Assembly: GCA_013265495.1 (NCBI GenBank)
Contig: MU058718.1
Location: forward strand, 744,001 to 808,000
Direction: 5' to 3'
DNA length: 64,000 nt
Origin: Vicugna vicugna
Taxonomy: Eukaryota
This document shows, in pieces, positions 28,716 to 40,309 of the stretch. Numbering within the stretch: the stretch's first letter is position 1; the number at the start of each line of letters is the position of its first letter. The position numbers and the translations under genes are program-made. A model generated the notes under the pieces. That model was not told where the DNA came from and did not search any database. It saw only the letters and a list, made by a program, of their open reading frames with translations.

Positions 28716-29139
28716 GGTTAGGGGGCGGCTCTCGGTCTACAAAGCCCCCTCGGCGCCCCAGCCCCCCCCCCCCCCCCCCAAGTTTTGGGGAGCCCCCGAA
28801 CCTAAGATGCGTTCCCGTTCCAAGGTGGCTCTGGTGCCCGGACGCTGCAGGTACTGCTTCGGCTCCTGCCGCTCTCGTCTGGTTTCAGTTACGTTCCGGT
28901 GGTTCTGGCTGATTTCCCCAGAGATGATGACAGACAGTAGCACGGAAATGTTTCTTTTTTTAAAAAAAATAACGATTAAAAAAAATTTCCCCACAAGGCA
29001 CACAAACTGAATGAAGAATGCTCTCTTTTCCCCCCTTCTCGTAGCTTCGGGATGGTGATTTCCGGCTCCCCAAGGGTCTCTTCCCTGCTGGGTGGCAGCT
29101 CGGACCCTTCACACCCGCATTCCCGAGCGTCGATCACCA
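28716..29139 (-). other. SAMD4A: SAMD4A 5'UTR part of the first coding exon (424 nt)
   Basis: Strong acceptor CCCTTTCTCTCCTTCCAG|TGG with AG at 29141-29140 on the minus strand; continuous to the ATG. Confidence 0.8.
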
Positions 29140-29398
29140 CTGGAAGGAGAGAAAGGGCTGCAGTGAGACCTCGGCCAGCGAGGGAGCGCGCCCAGGAAAC
29201 GAGTGCATCAGAGGGGATGAAGGGGGGCGCCCTGCGTAGGTTTGGTTCCCCCAAATTCCCGCTGCCCCTCTACACCCGTATGCGGGCGATGAGGTATTCC
29301 CGTTCTGGGAATACCAAGAAGCCTCCTTCTCAGGTGCAAGAGGAGACCCCACGGCTTCCTGTTGCTGCCGCTGCGAATGGATAGTGCTCCCCACACAC

Positions 29399-29730
29399 CT
29401 AACCCGGGGTGGCCCCCGGGGGCTGTGCCTGCGAACGCCCGCAACAGCAACAGATCTTCCTCGCGCAGAAAACTTGCAATGCGGCTGCGAAGGGGCGCGG
29501 GGGTGGGGGTGGAGGCTAATGCAAAGCAGAGGCGGAGGCAGCAGCAGCCCGAGTTCCTTCCTCCTCCTCCTCCTCCTCCCCCTCCTCCGACACCTCCTCC
29601 TCCTCTCGGAGAAGCAGCCGAACGGCTGCAGCTCCATCTACAGCAACAGCCAGCATCTCCACCGCCAGGCGCCCCTCTGGATTTAGGCCGTGAGCAGCCG
29701 CGGCAGCAGCTCGAGACAAAAATAAACTCT
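29399..29730 (-). other. SAMD4A: Candidate proximal first exon of SAMD4A
   Basis: GC-rich, (GGA)n-containing, leader-like sequence. Moderate donor TAG|GTGTGT at 29399/29398 would give a 259-nt intron to the 29140 acceptor. Confidence 0.3.
29555..29605 (+). repeat. Imperfect (CCT)n tract in the SAMD4A CpG island
   Basis: Direct reading. Confidence 0.9.
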
Positions 29731-30342
29731 CCCCACCCAAAGCTCCGCGCCCAACGGGCGGAGGCGCAGCCGGAGCCGCGGCTCCCCCGCGCCGCACCGC
29801 TCCAGCCCACCCGGGAGGTCTCCGAGGACCTGTTTAGCCCTGAGCGATCAGATGTGTGCGTCCGTGTGCGTCTGTGTGTATGTGAGTGTGTACGCATGTG
29901 TGCTGTAGGCATCCTGCCCCCGCTGCCGCCGCCTACGGGCGGGTCTGTCCGGCCCAGCGCTTAGCCCGCGCGTCCCAGGCCGAAGGCGGCACGGCCACGG
30001 GCGCACGCCGAGCGCAGAAACAGCCAGATCCCGCAGCATTGCTTTCCCCGGCCGGTAGGGCGGCTCCGCGGGGACTGCGGCTCCGCGTCGCCGGCACACG
30101 CCCCCGAACGACCGCAAAGAAGAAAGTTCGGTTTCGGGGGCTCCCCGACTCCTAACCCTGTCTGAGTGGCCGCTAGCGGCGGAGGAGAGAGCCCAGCGGC
30201 TCAGCCCTCGAGGGGTGGCTTGCTCCTAGCATTCGGTTTCCCGGCTCCCAGAACTTCTCCAGCGGAGGGGGGAAGTCCCCAGGGAAGGGGACCCAATGAC
30301 CCGCGGGTCCCCTGCCGAGGGCGAAAGGGAGAGGGCGCTCAC

Positions 30343-30570
30343 CTCGGCGCGGCTCATACCGGCAGCTCCGGGCCCCAAGCGCGGGTCCGGGACAGCGGCG
30401 GCTCTCAACGAGGTTGGGGGCGCCCTGAGCGCGGGCCGCGGGCCATGCCGTCGGGGCGGGCGGCGCTGAGAGTGTGCGGCGCTGCGGGTCCCGGCAGCCG
30501 CCGCTCCTGCTGCCTCCACTGTCGGCTCGCTGAGGACTGAGCCGCCCGAGCCGGAGCTCCCCACATGCTA
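30343..30570 (-). other. SAMD4A: Candidate non-coding first exon of SAMD4A (5' end uncertain)
   Basis: Consensus donor GAG|GTGAGC at 30343/30342 inside the CpG island. Confidence 0.55.
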
Positions 30571-31211
30571 CTGATTAACATACACCATTACATCATGGGC
30601 TTGGCAGGGAGCGCCCAAGCGGGGGGAGAGGAACCCGGGCGGCGGCGGCGGCACGCGGGGGGAGTCGGGGGAGGATCCCCGGGCCCAGCCGGCGGCGGGG
30701 CGAGGGGGGGCGAATTCCTAAGTGGGGACCAGAAAAGGGGAGGGAAGCCGAGAGGGAGGAGCCGGATGGCGCAGAGGGGTCGGGTTGGAGGAACGGCGGG
30801 GCAGAGAAAGAAGTTTGGGGAAGGGGAGGGGTCTAAGTGAATTCCTCCCTTCTACCGCTAGCGCGTTCTGGAGGGGCCGGGACGCTGGAGCCGCTGGAGC
30901 GCCGGCCGAAGGGGGACCCGGAGGGCGCTTGAGCGGGGGCGGTGCTGCCACCGGCTGCTTGTCCTTGGGAATGTGGTTCGCCGAGTCAAGTGACCCCTCT
31001 GCCCTAGTGGGGCCGGGGGTGGCAGAGCGGCTTGGCCCGCTGGCGGCGAAGACCCGGGGTCACGGGCGCTGGGGGCGTGAACGGGTTCCCGCGGTCGCGA
31101 ACTCGAGGGGCGGAGGAGGCCGAGGGGCGGTACGCTGCGCGAGGTGTGCCTGGGCGTCGGGCTCCGTGAGGCCGGTGTCGAAAGAGCGCGAGAAACGCTC
31201 GGGCCACTCAC

Positions 31212-31400
31212 CCTCGCCCGGGTCGGGCCTTGGATGCCCTTTGCCCCTGTGGGCGGCCTCACAACCGGCCCCGCACCCCTCTCCGGCCTCGCTCTCCCCT
31301 GAGGAAGCCGCCTGATTTCCGAGGCCAGTCGGGGAGCTACGCCTGGCGCGCGGGCTGCGGCTGCGACTGCGACTGCGGGCACGGAGCGGAGACGAGTGCC
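31212..31400 (-). other. SAMD4A: Candidate distal non-coding first exon of SAMD4A (5' end uncertain)
   Basis: Near-consensus donor AGG|GTGAGT at 31212/31211, near the distal edge of the CpG island. Confidence 0.5.
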
Positions 31401-34221
31401 GCCCTGAGCGCAGAGAAGCGGCCGAAGCCACCTGTGAGCGCGTCTGAGTCGCCGGGCTGGGCAGCTTTTACCTGGCCCTGCAGAGTGCGCGAGGCCGAGG
31501 CCAGGCAGGGGCTTCACAGGTCCTCGCCGCGCGGAAGAGGATAGGAGGGGCCGCGGGGTGGGGGTGCGCTGAGGCCAAGCATCACAGGGAAGGCTGGGAA
31601 ACTGCCCTTCTCTGGTCTCGAAAGTAGAGGATTGGTTAAGAATACCCTGAAACCTATAAACTCGCTGTGCCTTCTAGTATTAAGTGAATATTCACAGATA
31701 GACTTGATGACTAAACCCGGGCTATCTCCGTGTTTTCAGTGAGAACACTGAGCCCCGGAACACTCTCTAGCAACCTAAGGCTTTGTTTATGAAAGAGTAC
31801 TTCTGAGAAATAAGTGAAACTCGTGCTTCAGACACAGCCTTCTCTACTGTTGCTAATACAGTATTTTTGAAGATGAAGTATCTGAGATATTTCACTGATT
31901 AACACTTCCTTTTTAACCCTAGCAAATGTCCCTGGGATTTCTATCATTTCTTCCTTCCTTCCTGAAACTTAAGTTTCTGCACCGTTTAGTTTCTGTCTAA
32001 CATATGACAGCACCTAACCATCTGTTGGGGTATTGAAAGGTCTCGTGGAGCTGCAAAAATTTAGGTGTTGCTATTAAAATAGGGTATATGAATAATTTTC
32101 TTAAGCTCATTATTAACCAGCCAGGAAAGGTATATGCATAATTTAGTGACTATTTTGCCCTAAAAACAAGAATTCTAGAGTCAATGTTTTAATTTCATTT
32201 TGTTTTATTATTACAGAAGCAGAAAAGCTTAACGTATTTTCCCTAAGATGTTACTATCAATTAGCTGGTCCTTAGTAATACTTTCTATCAGGAAATGGGG
32301 AGGAGGTTTAGTACATGGTATATCTCAGTATATACCTTGCTATCAACTACAGCCAAAACAGAAGTTCCCCACCTGGGGCTTTTGGAAGCCTCCAAGAGTG
32401 ATTTTTTAAGCGAAAAAAAACCCCCATCAGTTTAGTTAACTTATCTATTTGTAGTTTACTAAACGAATAGTAAACTAAAAAACAAAAACAAATCGAGGCA
32501 AATCTTCAGGAATTCTACTTAAACTGAAGAATGAAAATACTGCCACCTACTGGGAAAGTATATTGCTTACAGCAGCCTTTGACCTAGGAAAAGATCTAAT
32601 TAGCTTATTTTTTAAGAAATACAAAGAGAAGCATGACATGAATTGCAAGCCCGCCTCGTTTTTGTGGGTTCACAATAATTGTGATTTCTCTTGCCTCTGG
32701 GCCTTTTCCCTGACAGTAAAGGAAGTGGAGATAAAACCCAGTGATGTTCTTTATTCCTCACAGAGTGAATTCAGGACTGAAGGAAGGAAGGTAATACTAT
32801 CAGCTAAATATATGTTTTTGCCTTAAATGTGGACTTTTCCTGTGTGAACCTACCAGTTTTCCAGGAGAAATGAGAAGTGGCTAGCAAGTACTAAATATCC
32901 ACATCACTTGGAAAAGGAGTTTTAGTGCAAATTCTAACTTCCAAAGAAAGGATGATTAGACAGTAATCTGGGAGGAATGGGATTCAGGTGAGTGAGAAGC
33001 ATGAAGGCAGGGAAGCCATTTCTTGGTTGATGGAGACAAGCCCAGGTGGTTCTCTGTACCCTGGACTCAGGAAAGGTGCAGAACCGCTCATGAGCATGCA
33101 GGCAAGATTGGGCTATTCCAGCCAAGATATAGAGAAGGAATGACTATGAAAAGTGCCCAGGAGGGAGGAAATTTGAAGACTGACTGAAAGTGAGCCAAGC
33201 TGGCATCTGCATCAGATAGAACTCTAGCTCTGTAATATTTGTCACTAGGATATAGTATGCTTTCTGAAGAGTAGGCATAGATAGCTACAGTGGAGTAGTT
33301 TCTGTTTAAGAATATTAGTTTAAAATAATTGTAATGCTTCCATTCGTAAGCTTGTTAGGAGGTCTGAAAATAACTGGCACAGTACTTGGCCTGTAGTAGG
33401 TACATGATTTATATTAGTTTTCCTTCTTTGTATGCACAAATTAGAGTATGTTAATTCAGCTAATTTACATTTTGGGTCTGCCTCCCAGAAAAACATGCTT
33501 TATTCATCCTTCAAAGACATGTCCTCTCAAAAGCCATGTAATAAGGCCTACGATGGGATTGCCAGGGCTTGAATCGGGATTTGAGGGGATGAAGAGAGAT
33601 GTGGAGGAAGAAACTGCAGAACGGGTGACAGATGGAATGTGGGAAGGCTAAATCAGGAGTCAGGTCTGCTAAGATAGCAACAGTGAAAGGCAAGCTGGGT
33701 GAGGCCCGAGAGCCACGGCTTAGGGAGACTAAACTTGAGTTCAGATCTCATTAGAAGAAGTTCAGAAATATCTCAGTGTTGGCAGGGGCACACGTCCGGA
33801 TAGAAAGCCGGTGTTCTCTTTGCCTGGGGCAGAGTAGTAATGGCCACACCAATTTCCTGTATCCCTAGCATGTTTCTATACCAGTGGGATCCTGGCTGCT
33901 GGCTGGCCCAGGGTAAACCTGGCCAGGCAGAGTTGGTGTGGGGGGGGAGGGGGGCTCAGGTAAAATAGTGGGACTCATGAGGAATCAGCTTTCACTTTTC
34001 ACTGTAGTTCTTACCACTCTCGGGATCGTTCTCAATTTTTTTTTTCAGTGCTTCAATTTAGAGAATACTTTCACGGGAAAAAAAAAAGGATTTAAACCTA
34101 GTTTTAGGTAAATAGAATGCCTCTACCCAAAGGCTATGACAGGTGTGATTATTTATTCTTCAGGAGTCAAACACGAATAAGAATTGGAGGGACATTTTGC
34201 ATCCATGAAAAAGGGGGGATT

Positions 34222-34595
34222 TTTTTTATTGTGACAAAAGATACATAACATAAAGGTTACCCTTTTAACCATTCTTGAATATAAAATACAATTGCATTAA
34301 GTACATGCACATTGTTTGTATAACCATCACCGATTATCTGTTTCCAGACCTTTTTCACTATCCCAAACTGAAATTCTATACATGTTAATAAATCCCCATT
34401 CCTCCCTCGCCTCAGTCTCTGTTAACCACTATTCTACTTTCTGTTTCTATGAATTTGCCTATTCTAGGTACAACATATAAGTGGGCTTATACAATATTGT
34501 CCTTTTGTGTCTGGCTTCTTTCACTTAGCATATTTTCAAGGTTTCTCCATTTTGTGGCATGTGTCGAAATTCTATTCCTTTTAAAAACGATTAGT
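34222..34595 (-). mobile_element. L1M 3' fragment
   Basis: Reverse complement of an L1 3'UTR (CCTTTTGTGTCTGGCTTCTTTCACTTAGCAT) with a T-rich left end. Confidence 0.8.
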
Positions 34596-35829
34596 ATTGC
34601 ATGAAGAAAGCTTTTGAGACAGCTTTCTCTAGAATGGAGCTAGATAAGAAGGATGAACTCTGGTTTATAGAACATTTAGTCAGGTACACTGTCTTTTTGA
34701 CTCAATCTGAAGAGTATAATCCAAACCAATTAATAGGTACTTAAATAAAATGTAAATACAAGCAATTGAACCACAATTTCAAGTGGGTCCACACTTCTTA
34801 AAAATAAACAAGTATGTGAAGTATTAATTACAGGGTTTTTTTTTTTTTACAGTAAAACATCTTATAAGGTGTCATAGGTACATTTTCAAATAAATAGTCA
34901 GAATGTTAAATGTAAGCATTGCAAAACTACTCCTGTTTACAGGATTTTATAGCTCAGGATTACAAAAGTGGGAGCTTAAACCTTTTAGAGGGATAACTTG
35001 CCCCAGATTGGCAAGAAAGTAAAAATTACTCATTCTTATTCTGATCTCTGTTGTTGATTCAAGAACTGCCAGTATCTTTTCTAACTGAAAGTGCAATTGA
35101 AATGTGGCCACAGTTTTAAATAGCTGAAACTTTTAACTGTACAAATCTAAAGTCATATTTCTATCATCTAAACAAAGATCAGACTCGCCTTCTCTATTAT
35201 TCTCTAAAGCAACCTCTGTATGATGAGAACATCCCGAGACTGCTGGCACCAACAACTTTCTTCTAGCCAGGTACTGCTGTTACACAGGATACGTTAAATA
35301 TTGATTAATCCCACATTTTCCACATCCTTGGAACGTTCCCAGTCAGAAAATGAATGAGAAACTGCCTGGCTACACATTTAAGTTTCATTGCAAGATTTCT
35401 CAGAGCCTTCATTATGCTCATGCTCATTGTGCTTCTTCTGGAAAGTACAGTATGTGGCAGGTCCTACACTTAACTGAGCCCAGACACATTCTTCACAGGT
35501 CTTGTCGTTTGGTGTTGCCTGAGATATGTTTGGGGAAATGCTGAGTCTGATCATGGGTTCAAGAAAAGCAATAAAAATGATGAAAGAATTGTAAAATTGT
35601 ACCTACAGTTCAATGTTGAAAAAACACAGCTCAGTGTGTTTTTCAGACAATGTAGAAAGGTGACTTGTGATTAAGAGCACAAGCTTCAGGCAAAACACAG
35701 CAAAGCAGAACTGGATTCAAATCCAAGCTCTGCCACCTAATAGGTGTGTAATATGGGTTATTTAACCTCAGTTGGTCTCAGTTTTCTGCCTACCTTGGTA
35801 AACTGAGCCAGGTATCTAGAAAGTAATAT

Positions 35830-36425
35830 CTAATTTTATCAATTAGAGTAGCCAGGAGAAAGAAAACACCAATTCTTTTGTCAGAGGTCATGAGTATAAA
35901 GCATTGTTAACTGAAAAGTTGAAAAAAACGTGACGGTGTCTCACAGGTAGTAACTGCAGGAAGTTACTACCATCCGCAGGGCTGGGGAAACCAAGTAAAG
36001 AGATTGGAATTATAAAAATTTAGAAGTTTGGAGGAGGGGCCCCTCAGAGCTGAAACACTCATACCTCTGAGAAGGGGCGCTGCTAAACAGGGGCTGGAAT
36101 CCTAAGTTGGGGGGTGAGAAAGCAGGTTCGACAAACGCTGGGAGAACTGTGATCTGGATTCAACTGCTACTCCTGGAACCAACCACCATTGCCAAGGTAA
36201 AGAAGTGAGGCTGGGGGATGCTCACAGGAACAGGAAGCCCACAGGAACAAGCAGGAAGGAGCAAATCCCTTCTTCCTCTTATCTTCCAGCCTCCCTCTGT
36301 TGCTCCAATTTGCAAAGCCTCATAGGGAGCCCGCTGCAAAGCATAAAGTGTGGTTTGCAGAGTCCTAGCCCGGTATCACAAATGGTGGGTTTGCAGCCAA
36401 GAGGTGATAGCTTAATTGTTGGCAC
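35830..36425. mobile_element. LTR-like element, same family as 61800-62345
   Basis: Shared blocks, e.g. AATTTAGAAG[T/C]TTGGAG[G/A]AGG...CAGAGCTG and GAGCCTAATAGG vs AAGCCTCATAGG. Confidence 0.6.
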
Positions 36426-37099
36426 AAATACAATGTGCTCAGAGAATCAGAAGAATACCACAGCTATTCCTCCTCCCCTAACCTGACTAGTTGACTCCGT
36501 CAAGTGCCTGGTGTGGATTTGCAGCATTTCTCTAGGACATAGGTATGATAAAGACAGTTTAGAGTAAATAAAAACAGAAAACCCCCAAAACAAGGTAGGC
36601 TTAACATCACAACTCAAATTTCAAATGTCCAAAACTGAACCCCTGGTTCTGCCCCTTTGGTTCTCCCCAAGTACATTCCCCCTCAGTCTTTTAAAAGTGA
36701 AACTCTTTTAAAAGAACGAGGTTACCTCCCTGCTTTGACGCTCCAATGTCTTCTCACTGCCTAAGACTCCCCTGACTCCTGCCCATGGCAACAAGGCCTG
36801 CCCTCTCTCCCACCTCATCCACTTTGCTCCTCCTCATTTATTCACCTCCAGTCACTCAAGCCTTTTCTCTCTTCCTCTGACACCTGAGCTCTTTCTCGCT
36901 TTTTGCTTTTTGTCCCTTGTATCCAACATGCTGTGCCCATCCTCTTGACAAGGCTTGTTTCCTCTTAACTCCACTTTGTATGTTGCTCCTTTCAAAGCAC
37001 TTCCAATACCGATATTTCTAAAATGCATATCTGATTATATTGCTCTGTTTAAAATTACTGCAGCAATTCTTTAATACCTTTAAGATTTGATCATATGAC

Positions 37100-38590
37100 T
37101 TTTATACTTTGTCACACTGATACATTTGCATGTGTTGAACCATCCTTGCATCCCTGGAATAAATTCCATTTGATCATGGTGTATGATTCTTTTAATGTAT
37201 TGTTGAATTTGGTTTCCTAATATTCTGCTGAGGATTTCCACTTGCAAAAGAATGAGGTTGAACTCCCTTCCTAACACCATATACAAAATTCAGCTCGAAA
37301 TTGATTATAGACCTAAATGATAAAACCCTTAGAAGAAAACATAGGAGTAAATCTTTGTGACCTTGAGCTAGGCGAAGCATTCTTAGATATGACAACAAAA
37401 GTACAGTAACAAAAGAAAAAATAGGTAAGTTGGATTGAAAAATATTAAAAATGTTTATGCTTCAAAGGGCACCATAAAGAAAGCCCACAGAATGGGAGCA
37501 AATATTTGTAAATCATATACCTGATAAAGGACTTGTTCCTAGAATATAAACTCTTACAAGTCAGTAACAAAAAGTCAACTTAGTTTTAAAATGGGTAAAA
37601 GATCTGAATGGAGATTACTCAAAAGACTAAAAATAGACTTACCATATGATCCAGGAATCCCACTCCTGGGCATATATCCAGAGGGAACATTAATTTAAAA
37701 AGATACTTGCACCCCAATGTTTATAGCAGCATTATTTACAATAGCCAAGACATGGAAACAACCTAAATGTCCATCGACAGACGACTGGATAAAGTTGTGT
37801 TATATTTATACAATGGAATACTACTCAGCCATAAAAAAGAATAAAATAATGCCATTTGCAGCAACATGGATGGACCTGGAAAATGTCATTCTAAGTGAAG
37901 TAAGCCAGAAAGAGAAAGAAAAATACAATATGATACCACTTATATGTGGAATCTAAAAAAAAAAAAAGACAAACGATCTTATTTACAAAACAGAAATAGA
38001 CTCACAGACATAGAAAACAAACTTATGGTTACCAAGGGGGGGAGGAGTGGGAAAGGATAAATCAGGAGTTCGAGATTTGCAGATACTAACTAATATATAT
38101 ATATAATAGATAAACAACAAATTTATACTGTAGAGCACAGTGTAACTATATTCAATATCTTGTAATAACTTATGGTGAAGAAGAATATGAAAACAAATAC
38201 ATGCATGTTGTTATATGACTGAAGTATTGTGCCGTACTCCAGAAATTGACACATTGTAAGCTGACTATATGTCAATAAAAATATATTTTAAAAATAAATA
38301 AAATAAAATGGGTGAAAGATCTGAACAGATATACAAATGGCTAATAAGCACATAAAAAGATGCTCAACATAATTAGCCATTAGGGAAGTGCAAATTAAAA
38401 CCATAACTACACTGTAGAATGGTAGTTGCCAGGGGTTGGGGTTGGGGGAAATAGCTGTTGTTTAATAGCTATAGAGTTTCAGTTTTGCAAGGTGAAAAAT
38501 TTCTAGAGAGCTATTGGGCAACAATGTGTTTGATATACTTAACATGACTGAACTGTACATTTTTAAATGGTTAGGATGGTACATTTTAGA
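37100..38590. mobile_element. Older L1 with an inverted 5' segment (about 37100-37236 minus, remainder plus), split by the younger L1
   Basis: Minus-strand [30 protein letters not shown] is L1 ORF2. From about 37237 there is plus-strand ORF2 3' region, resuming after 38325 into an L1M-type 3' end. Confidence 0.8.
37609..38304 (+). mobile_element. Younger 5'-truncated L1 (end of ORF2, 3'UTR, A-rich tail)
   Basis: ORF 37717-37956 ([20 protein letters not shown]...) matches sequence at and after the L1 ORF2 C-terminus. 21-bp TSD AAAATGGGT[A/G]AAAGATCTGAA at 37588-37608 and 38305-38325. Confidence 0.9.
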
Positions 38591-38984
38591 GACTTTGAAA
38601 TGGAAACCTCACTTCCAGTCTTCACATTCCCTACTCACCCATCCCAGCTTTGATTTTCTCCATAGCATTTAACCTCCATCTGATATACTGTATCATTTAC
38701 TAATTTGTCTCTCTCTCTCTACTAGAATATAAGCTCCATCAAGGCAAGGGTTTTTGCCTGTTTTATTCACTGCTATATTCTCATGCCCACCAATGTAATG
38801 TCTTGGGCACTCAGTAATTATTTAATTACTGAATCAATAATGAAATGAGTTCAGGGAGCAAACAGAGATGAGGTCAAGAACACAAGTAGTGTTGGCCTCA
38901 AAAGTAGATATAATCTACCTCCTCTTTTGGGGAAGAGAGAAAATTATGTCTACTGACTTTGAACATCTGAACAAAGTAGTAACA

Positions 38985-39215
38985 GTAATACCTGTCACAC
39001 ACAGAGCTTGCTACCTGCTATGACCAGGTCTAAGCACTGCACACGTATTAACTGGTATAAAGCTTTCAACAGCCTAGAGATAGGTTCTATTATCACTATT
39101 TTTATAGATGAGGAAACTGATTAGAGTGAGGTTAAGTAACCTGTCCAAAGGAAAAGTGGCAGAGCTGGGGTAAAAACCAAGATACATGACTTTGGCGTCT
39201 ATCATCTTAACATAC
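38985..39215 (-). mobile_element. MIR SINE
   Basis: TTTTATAGATGAGGAAACTGA...GGTTAAGTAACCTGTCCAA. Confidence 0.75.
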
Positions 39216-40309
39216 CTTTTGAAGCTTCTTTGCTGAAAGTGGTAACAGCAATGATGGGTGACAGAACTTGAGAAGAGTGAAAGAGAAATAGCTATTGGGA
39301 GTTCGGTAGAGGGTCCATTAGGAAATCAGTAAAAAGATTGTTGAGCAGCAGTGAAAACCTAGAAACAACTAAACAACAAGGCTTCATGGTAGACTCCATT
39401 AATTGGTTCAGCAGTAAAGAAATATAGTTGAGTAAAGCCAAACTTTTGGGTTGCTAGGGCAGGTAGAGTGGAGAGGTCAAGAAAGCAAGCTAAGATGATA
39501 ACACATTTGAAATAGTTGAGGGGGAATCCAGGAGCAAGTTAATGAATGATCAGAATAGACTCAGGGACTGAGGACTTAAGAGGTCACGGTGTTAAGAAAG
39601 AAAAGATTCAGGAGAATTATAACATACAGAAATGTGGAAAGAGAGGGGAATTCAGTGTTCAAAATCTAGGTAATGGAGTTAGGGAATTATCCAGTGGAAC
39701 AGGGCCCGTCTGAAGCAGGACTGAATAGAGGAGGCTGAAATCACTTCCACCTACCATTCCTAAACCCCAGATTATCTGTACTGATGCTTCAAATTTCCAA
39801 ACCCAGACAAAACTCTTCATTCCACAATTAACGGAAAGGCTTTAACAATAGGCACAGTGGGAGATAATTCAATGACTTGCGTTGAATCTTTAAGTAACCA
39901 TTTTTAAGTTCCTCCCCTAGAGCTAGTTTATACATTAAGAACCCTCATAGGTACCAAGTTGGGAAGAAAGGGTCACTGAAAGAGGTGGCTAGTCACCTAT
40001 CAAATCTGCTTAATGTAGCCCTGGTTCAGATTTTTGCAATGTACCAACTACTCTATATAAATCAGATGTTTTATTTATCTAATGATCCATTCAAATAAAT
40101 GCTTTTATAGATGTTCTCACAAGATGTCCATTATTCACTGCTATTGGCAAATTCTGACATAGGCCTCTAAGAGTCAGGGTACTTATTTTTACTTGATTAC
40201 TTACCAAATTCCTCCTACTTACTACTAGCAGGGGCAGGAAAAACAATTACTTTAGTTGCAGGAAAGGGAGCTAAGGGCAAATCATCTTTAAGAGTTATGA
40301 AAAATGATG

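Larger units (their letters stand above)
28270..31570. promoter_or_regulatory. CpG island / SAMD4A promoter region
   Basis: About 3.3 kb of very high GC and dense CpG with GC boxes, in sharp contrast to AT-rich, CpG-poor flanks; overlaps the first coding exon. Confidence 0.93.
36600..38830 (+). mobile_element. L2 remnant split by the L1 cluster (pieces about 36600-37010 and 38600-38830)
   Basis: L2-typical motifs TGTCCAAAACTGAAC and ACTAGAATATAAGCTCCAT...TTCACTGCTATA... Confidence 0.65.

Noticed and set aside
28858..28872. Smaug recognition element (CNGG loop) in SAMD4A's own 5'UTR: CGG-CAGGAG-CCG
   Set aside because: The stem is only 3 bp, and the alternative pairing CGGC/GCCG buries the loop C. 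Too weak to claim autoregulation.
28737..29003. 88-codon frame in phase with the SAMD4A CDS (possible N-terminal extension)
   Set aside because: It has a non-ATG start and ends at TAG 28739-28737, before the ATG.
28336..31544. Many long overlapping ORFs (up to 234 aa) on both strands, including a poly-Pro/Gln ORF at 29362-29964
   Set aside because: Expected from the scarcity of stop codons in a CpG island. They are low-complexity, mostly have non-ATG starts and show no recognisable domain.
37717..37956. Host protein-coding ORF (also 43735-44166 and 56991-57197)
   Set aside because: These are L1-derived fragments.
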